A DNA stretch of 21,665 bases. It comes from Candidatus Pelearchaeum maunauluense. Lineage in GTDB: Archaea > Thermoproteota > Nitrososphaeria_A > Caldarchaeales > Caldarchaeaceae. Under the pieces are notes generated by a model. The model searched no databases and was not told the DNA's origin. It saw only the letters and a list, made by a program, of their open reading frames with translations. Where the stretch lies: NCBI GenBank assembly GCA_030059675.1, contig JANVYQ010000016.1, positions 1 to 21,665 of the forward strand, in the 5' to 3' direction. Of the stretch, positions 16,922-21,665 are shown piece after piece (position 1 is the stretch's first letter; each line of letters starts with the position of its first letter). The position numbers and the translations under genes are program-made.

Positions 16922-17812
16922 CTATGCTCTACTTTCTTGTAGTATGTTGCGTAGTGTTTTTGGGAATCTTATGGCTGTGCCTGTTATTATTAGGACTGCT
17001 GGTTTGTCTGGCTGTTGGTTTTTATTTAGTTTTTGTAGTGCTGCGAGTGTTGTTGCTGATGCTGGCTCGCATGGTATGTTTTCTTTGTAGAGTTGTTTTG
17101 TTGCGTTGAGTATTTCGTCGTCTGATACTTCTATTAGCGTGCCCTTGGATTCGTTTAGTGCTTTGTTGAGTTCTTGCTCGTCTAGCTTGCTGAAGCCTGC
17201 TATGCTGTCTGCGAGTTTTGTCGTGGGCGCTATGGCTCCTATTAGTTTTGGTCTGTATTTTGTCTTTGTGAATCCCAGCCATATTCCTACGTAGAGTGTT
17301 CCGTTGTTTGTTGGTATTATTACGTGGCTGGGCTCTTCTTCTAATTGATATGAGATCTCAATAGATATCGTGGAGTCTCCCTCTATCTTCTTAAAGTTCC
17401 TGCCAGGATTAGCGTCGTAGATGTTGTGCTGGTTTATGTATTCTATGCATGTTTGGAATGCTTCGCGTAGGCTGTCTCCTGCTAGGTGTAGCTCCGCGCC
17501 TAATGCTTTTATCAACTCTATTTTTTCGCCAGCTATGTTCTCCCGCGCGAATACATGGCATTTCAGGCCGTTTATTCTTGAGAAGAATGAGAGTGAGATG
17601 GCGGCGTTTCCTGTGCTTGCTATAGCTATTTCACGGTATCCGCGTGAGATGGCGTCTTGAATCATCATTAGCGTTTCGCGGTCTTTATGCGAGCCTGTGG
17701 GCTGGGTATATTCAAGCTTGGCATAAACATCCAAACCAAGCTCTCTGCTGATTCTATCCAGCTTTATTAATGGAGTAGTATATGTCCTGGGATGGTCATG
17801 CATATCCGACAA
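16922..17812 (-). CDS. PLP-dependent threonine synthase-like enzyme (fold type II)
   Basis: TPL, AKLEYTQPTGSHKDR (PLP lysine), ASTGNAA, PTNNG and EPASA motifs. Confidence 0.88.
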   Translation of the reverse strand: MSDMHDHPRTYTTPLIKLDRISRELGLDVYAKLEYTQPTGSHKDRETLMMIQDAISRGYREIAIASTGNAAISLSFFSRINGLKCHVFARENIAGEKIELIKALGAELHLAGDSLREAFQTCIEYINQHNIYDANPGRNFKKIEGDSTISIEISYQLEEEPSHVIIPTNNGTLYVGIWLGFTKTKYRPKLIGAIAPTTKLADSIAGFSKLDEQELNKALNESKGTLIEVSDDEILNATKQLYKENIPCEPASATTLAALQKLNKNQQPDKPAVLIITGTAIRFPKTLRNILQESRA

Positions 17813-17845
17813 TAGAAGAGTGATGCATGTTCTTAATTATTGTTT

Positions 17846-19762
17846 TTACATGGATGTCCGCATGACCATCGGCTGGGCTGTAAGCCAGAGGCTGAACATC
17901 GTGTAGAATATCATGAGTGTCGTTATGGGTATTTGGCTTCTGAACGCCTGTGAGTGTGTCGGGTATGTTCTGTGAGCTATCTTCGTTGAGACGTACACCG
18001 CTAGTATGTGGCCTAGTATTATGAGGAATGCCTGCATATACCATACGTAGTCCATGCTTGTTATTGGTGCTACTTGTATGTTTGCTGTGCCGAACAAGTT
18101 CCAGCCGTAGCCGAATGGGTCTGAGAGCGCTTTGATGAATCCCATGAAATCCATGTTGAAGTGTGCTACGTTATGTGCTGCGTGGTAGAAGAGGGCTATG
18201 GGTAGGAATGAGACTGCGAAGTATGTGAAGAGCGTCCTAGTGTTGGGCATCGTGGTTCCCGACATTAGCCTAGCGAGGTAGACGAAGAAGTATACGGCTC
18301 CTATTAGGAATCCTAGGAAGAGGAACATCCAGACGGTGAATGAGCCTATGTAGCCCAGGTATGGTTCTGTTAGTGAGATTAGTAGGCCCCATGTTGGTAT
18401 CATTGTTAGGCCGTGGAATGATGTTAGTGCTAGTATGACTACTGCGAAGAGCGCCCATGCGTGGCTTGGTGTGAAAGAGCTGGTTAGGTCTTTGAGGAAT
18501 GGCCTGAAGTTGAAAGCCACGTTGTCGTATGGGCATGTCTTGACGCATTCAGAGCAGAGTATGCAGCTTAGGCTTGTTGCGCTGTTCTCGGAGCCTACGT
18601 AAGTGTATGTGGGACAGCCGTAGCCTTTCTCATTACCCCTTATGCAGTCCTTCGTCTTACAGTTCTTACAAACCTCTAGGCTCTCGGCCTTAAGCTCCAC
18701 GGGGGACATTAGAGAGTATGCGCCTTGTATAGCTCCTATGGGGCAGCCGTAGCGGCAGAAGTAGTTGCGCTCAAAGAGGAGCATGGAGCCTAGGGTTAGG
18801 CCGAGTATTATCAAGCCTAGATACGCTGTCTGTATAGGGCTCTTGGTTACTCCTATGGCTAGCTCCAGCCATGTTAGGAGTATGAAGAGCGCCGCTGCCA
18901 GGAGTATGGTCTTGAAGCGCGCTGGCCATCGCAGGCCTAGCGTGAATTGCCTCGTCCTTCTTCCCCAGAGGCTTAGCTTCTGTATCCAGTCGCTTATAGC
19001 CAGCCATGGGCACGTTGCGCAGAAGACGCGGCCTAAGAACATGACGGTGAAGATTAGGACTATCCACCAGAATATCCACGTGAGGCTTGTTGCTATGTTG
19101 CTTGACGGGTCTTGAGAGCCGAAGAAGCCCGCTAATATCACGAGGATGAAGGCGGCTACCGTAGGAACCCTAACCGAGAACTGGAATTTCCTACTCTTGA
19201 CTCAGCGCTTGATTATCCTGTTTCTCAAGACGTTGTAGCGTCTATACGGCTTCTCGCCTATCCTCTTACTATAAGCTTCAACAACGAGGAACGACACTAG
19301 GACAGCCATGCCTGATGATGTGAGGAAGAGCCAGTCAGGCATTCCAGGCATCATGTGTTTTGTTGGTTCTCTTGGTGGGAGAACAATAACAGAGAGGGGG
19401 AATACTTCCTTCTCCTCTCCGTCATAAATCTCCACCTCTATGCTATTCTCGCCTGCGTCGGTGAATTGGAGAGTGGTAACATAGTAGCCTGCTTCGTGTT
19501 CTGATGCTTGTTTGGTGATGGTCAGCTTGACGCCTGCTATTGTGACTGAATATCTCACCACCACGTTTAAGCCTCTCACAGGCTCGCCGCTGGCTTTATC
19601 AACTATAGACAAGGTGAGGCGAGCTTCTTCGCCAACCGCTGGGTTGACTGGATAGAAGTAAGCTTCTATGCTGTATTTCTGCGAATCCGCCCCGTAAGCT
19701 GTTGTTAGAAGCGTTATTATTAACAGGGCGGCTAAGAGAGGGAGCTTGGGAGAAGCTTTCAT
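17846..19762 (-). pseudogene. Signal peptide + Ig-like (YtkA/FixH-like) domain fused to a 4Fe-4S polyferredoxin membrane protein, interrupted by one in-frame TGA
   Basis: ORFs 19202-19762 and 17846-19141 share a frame, and the 20 codons between them are open (VKSRKFQFSVRVPTVAAFIL). Motifs GRVFCATCP, FCRYGCPIG, CKNCKTKDC and CILCSECVKTCP. Confidence 0.8.
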
Positions 19763-19911
19763 AACGCTTCTACTCTGTATAAAGATGGTTTAGCGATTTT
19801 ATTCTTTTGGTTGATGATTGTACCATAAACTTTACTAGCCACTCATCGGCTTTGAAACACAATGCTGTTTTACCAAGTTGTAGAGCTCTTAAGGGAGGAG
19901 GATGCAATACT

Positions 19912-20403
19912 ATGGTGATGATGTGGCCTGCTGCTATTCTTCTCGCCGCTTCGCTACTAGCGTCGCTCAGCGCTGTGGCGGCTCACACAGACCATGGTGG
20001 TATAGTTGTAGGTGATTACGTGGTTGCGTTAAGCCCCTCCGTCTACGTGGTGGGGAGAAACTCAACGGTGTATGTGTTGATAGACTACTCAAGCAACATG
20101 ACTGAAGCCAGCGGGCTTGAAGTGTATGCGCGGCTAATAACCCCAGACGGCTCCGAGGTCTTTAGCGAGAAGCTAAAAGAGATACCGCCAGGAATATACT
20201 ATTTCAACTATCTATTCGGTGAGGCGGGTGATTATACGTTGAGGGTTCGCATAGAAGATACAGACGCCTCGCTTACGCTTAGCGTCGTTAGCGCTGGTGA
20301 GCAGGCTTCGCTGGAGGGGATAGTTATAGTTGTGGTGGGACTTGTGGTATTAGCCAGCGTGGCGCTGTATGTTAGGCGTATGAGGCGTAGAGAGTTGGAA
20401 TAA
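19912..20403 (+). CDS. Exported, C-terminally anchored Ig-like (YtkA-like) protein
   Basis: Signal peptide ending AVAA-HTDH, GIYYFNYLFGEAGDYTLRV motif, C-terminal TM helix and basic tail. GGAGGAGG lies upstream of the ATG cluster at 19912-19923. Confidence 0.7.
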   Translation: MVMMWPAAILLAASLLASLSAVAAHTDHGGIVVGDYVVALSPSVYVVGRNSTVYVLIDYSSNMTEASGLEVYARLITPDGSEVFSEKLKEIPPGIYYFNYLFGEAGDYTLRVRIEDTDASLTLSVVSAGEQASLEGIVIVVVGLVVLASVALYVRRMRRRELE

Positions 20404-20411
20404 GCCAGACT

Positions 20412-21119
20412 CTACCTGCCAGGTAGGAATATTATATCGGTGCCGTATATGTATAACACGCCCATACTGAGTAGGATGAGGTATATCCCGACCACTATGA
20501 GCAGTATGCCGCTTACCTTATGCAGCTTAGGGGCTAGGCTCTTCAGCTTGTTTATCGCCGCCGTCTTGGCTAAAGATACGAGTATCGTGGTAGCTATGAG
20601 CGGTGCCGCAACACCAGCGGTATATGAGAGGAAGATGAGCATACTGTATAGTGGGTTTGCAAGAGCAAGCGCGAAAAGAACTATTGTTATGAATATTGGG
20701 AATGTGCAGGCTTGTGCTCCCAGGCCATAGCCTAGGCCGAAGAGGTAGAAGCCTGGTAGCCCAGATATGTTGAAGCGTGTGGCCAGGTTTGATGATAGCC
20801 CAACTACGGGTATGTTGATGTTGAACAGCATAACCACGCCCAGAGATATGACTAAAGCGGCGGCGATATAGCCGAATGATGATAGGTATCTTATGATTAG
20901 CGAGCCTGTAAGCCCAACTAGCGCGCCGATTGCTATATAGACCGTGAGCAATCCCAGAACTGCTGTTAAGCCAGCGAGGAGCGCGCGTCTAACACTTGTC
21001 CTCTCGCCCAGCAGGTATGCCACGTAGCCTGGTAATAGCACATAGCCGCATGGGGATATTAGGCAGAATACCCCTGCTGTAGCAGCGAAGACCAGCGCAA
21101 AACTGAAGGAGACCGACAT
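20412..21119 (-). CDS. ccdA: Cytochrome c biogenesis CcdA / DsbD-type transmembrane disulfide reductase
   Basis: LISPCGYVLLPGY and QACTFP cysteines; about six hydrophobic helices. Confidence 0.88.
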   Translation of the reverse strand: MSVSFSFALVFAATAGVFCLISPCGYVLLPGYVAYLLGERTSVRRALLAGLTAVLGLLTVYIAIGALVGLTGSLIIRYLSSFGYIAAALVISLGVVMLFNINIPVVGLSSNLATRFNISGLPGFYLFGLGYGLGAQACTFPIFITIVLFALALANPLYSMLIFLSYTAGVAAPLIATTILVSLAKTAAINKLKSLAPKLHKVSGILLIVVGIYLILLSMGVLYIYGTDIIFLPGR

Positions 21120-21140
21120 CCTACCCTACCGCGTAGATGG

Positions 21141-21662
21141 TCATCCAGCCTCTATGACAGCACCGCCCTCAAACTCCTTCAGCTTATCATACTCCTTATT
21201 CAGCATAAGCTCTATAATCTTAGGATAGTTATCCTTAACGAACCGAATCTGCCCAGGATTCCTAAAGCGCTCAACACCATTCTCATCAACGAAAATATGC
21301 GTGAAGAGTGTCGGTATGCTCAGCTCTATTATCAAATCACCCTCGCCGAGAGTCATGTATTTCCAATTAATCTTAAACTGGTCGCGATACTCGCGCACCC
21401 AATCTGGCTCCTCGTTCTGGACAAATATGGAGACTATCTCTATCTTATCCTTATACTTGCTGTAAATCTCCTGCAAATAGCCGACGTTATGTAGGATTTC
21501 GCATGAGGCGCAGCCTATGAACGTGAATTCAAGTATGGTTATCTTCCCAGGCTCATAAAGCTCGCTAACCATAATCTCCTTAACACCCTCATCTGTTACC
21601 AGCTTTATCGGAAAATCAATAACATTACCCAACTCCTCCTTTGTTGCGCTTTCTTTCTCCAT
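21141..21662 (-). CDS. TlpA/ResA-like thioredoxin-fold protein (probably 5'-truncated by the window edge)
   Basis: TILEFTFIGCASC (CxxC) and IPTLFTHIFVDENG motifs; adjacent to ccdA. Confidence 0.8.
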   Translation of the reverse strand: MEKESATKEELGNVIDFPIKLVTDEGVKEIMVSELYEPGKITILEFTFIGCASCEILHNVGYLQEIYSKYKDKIEIVSIFVQNEEPDWVREYRDQFKINWKYMTLGEGDLIIELSIPTLFTHIFVDENGVERFRNPGQIRFVKDNYPKIIELMLNKEYDKLKEFEGGAVIEAG

Positions 21663-21665
21663 ATT

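Noticed and set aside
16873-17109. 78-aa hydrophobic ORF starting inside the tRNA (also 16596-16832 on the minus strand)
   Set aside because: Artefacts of G/T-rich skew antisense to real genes; the first also overlaps the tRNA.

Overview
Archaeal chromosomal window. Gene content and codon style suggest a thermophilic TACK-type archaeon, which is an inference. Positions ~36-1750 (minus strand) look like one discrete element. It consists of a ~650-nt highly base-paired non-coding segment, with at least five Kt-7-like kink-turns in long hairpins and a probable pseudoknot, followed by an HTH + double-LAGLIDADG endonuclease ORF. The unit is closed by complementary ends (GGGAGTT...AACTCCC), and its right end falls where a CopB-type Cu-ATPase gene is truncated. 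The middle of the window is metabolic: M19 dipeptidase, KaiC/RAD55 fragment, methylmalonyl-CoA epimerase, acyl-CoA synthetase, AIR-synthase-related protein, MobA-like protein, EtfAB plus a membrane HdrD/FadF-like oxidoreductase, two DUF35 proteins, malic enzyme and a GNAT. A tRNA-Glu(CTC) follows, flanked by partly decayed accessory genes: a stop-interrupted membrane protein, a frameshifted HTH regulator, a PLP enzyme, an opal-interrupted Ig-like/polyferredoxin membrane protein, CcdA and a thioredoxin-like protein. All calls come from reading motifs by eye; no searches or folding programs were run.
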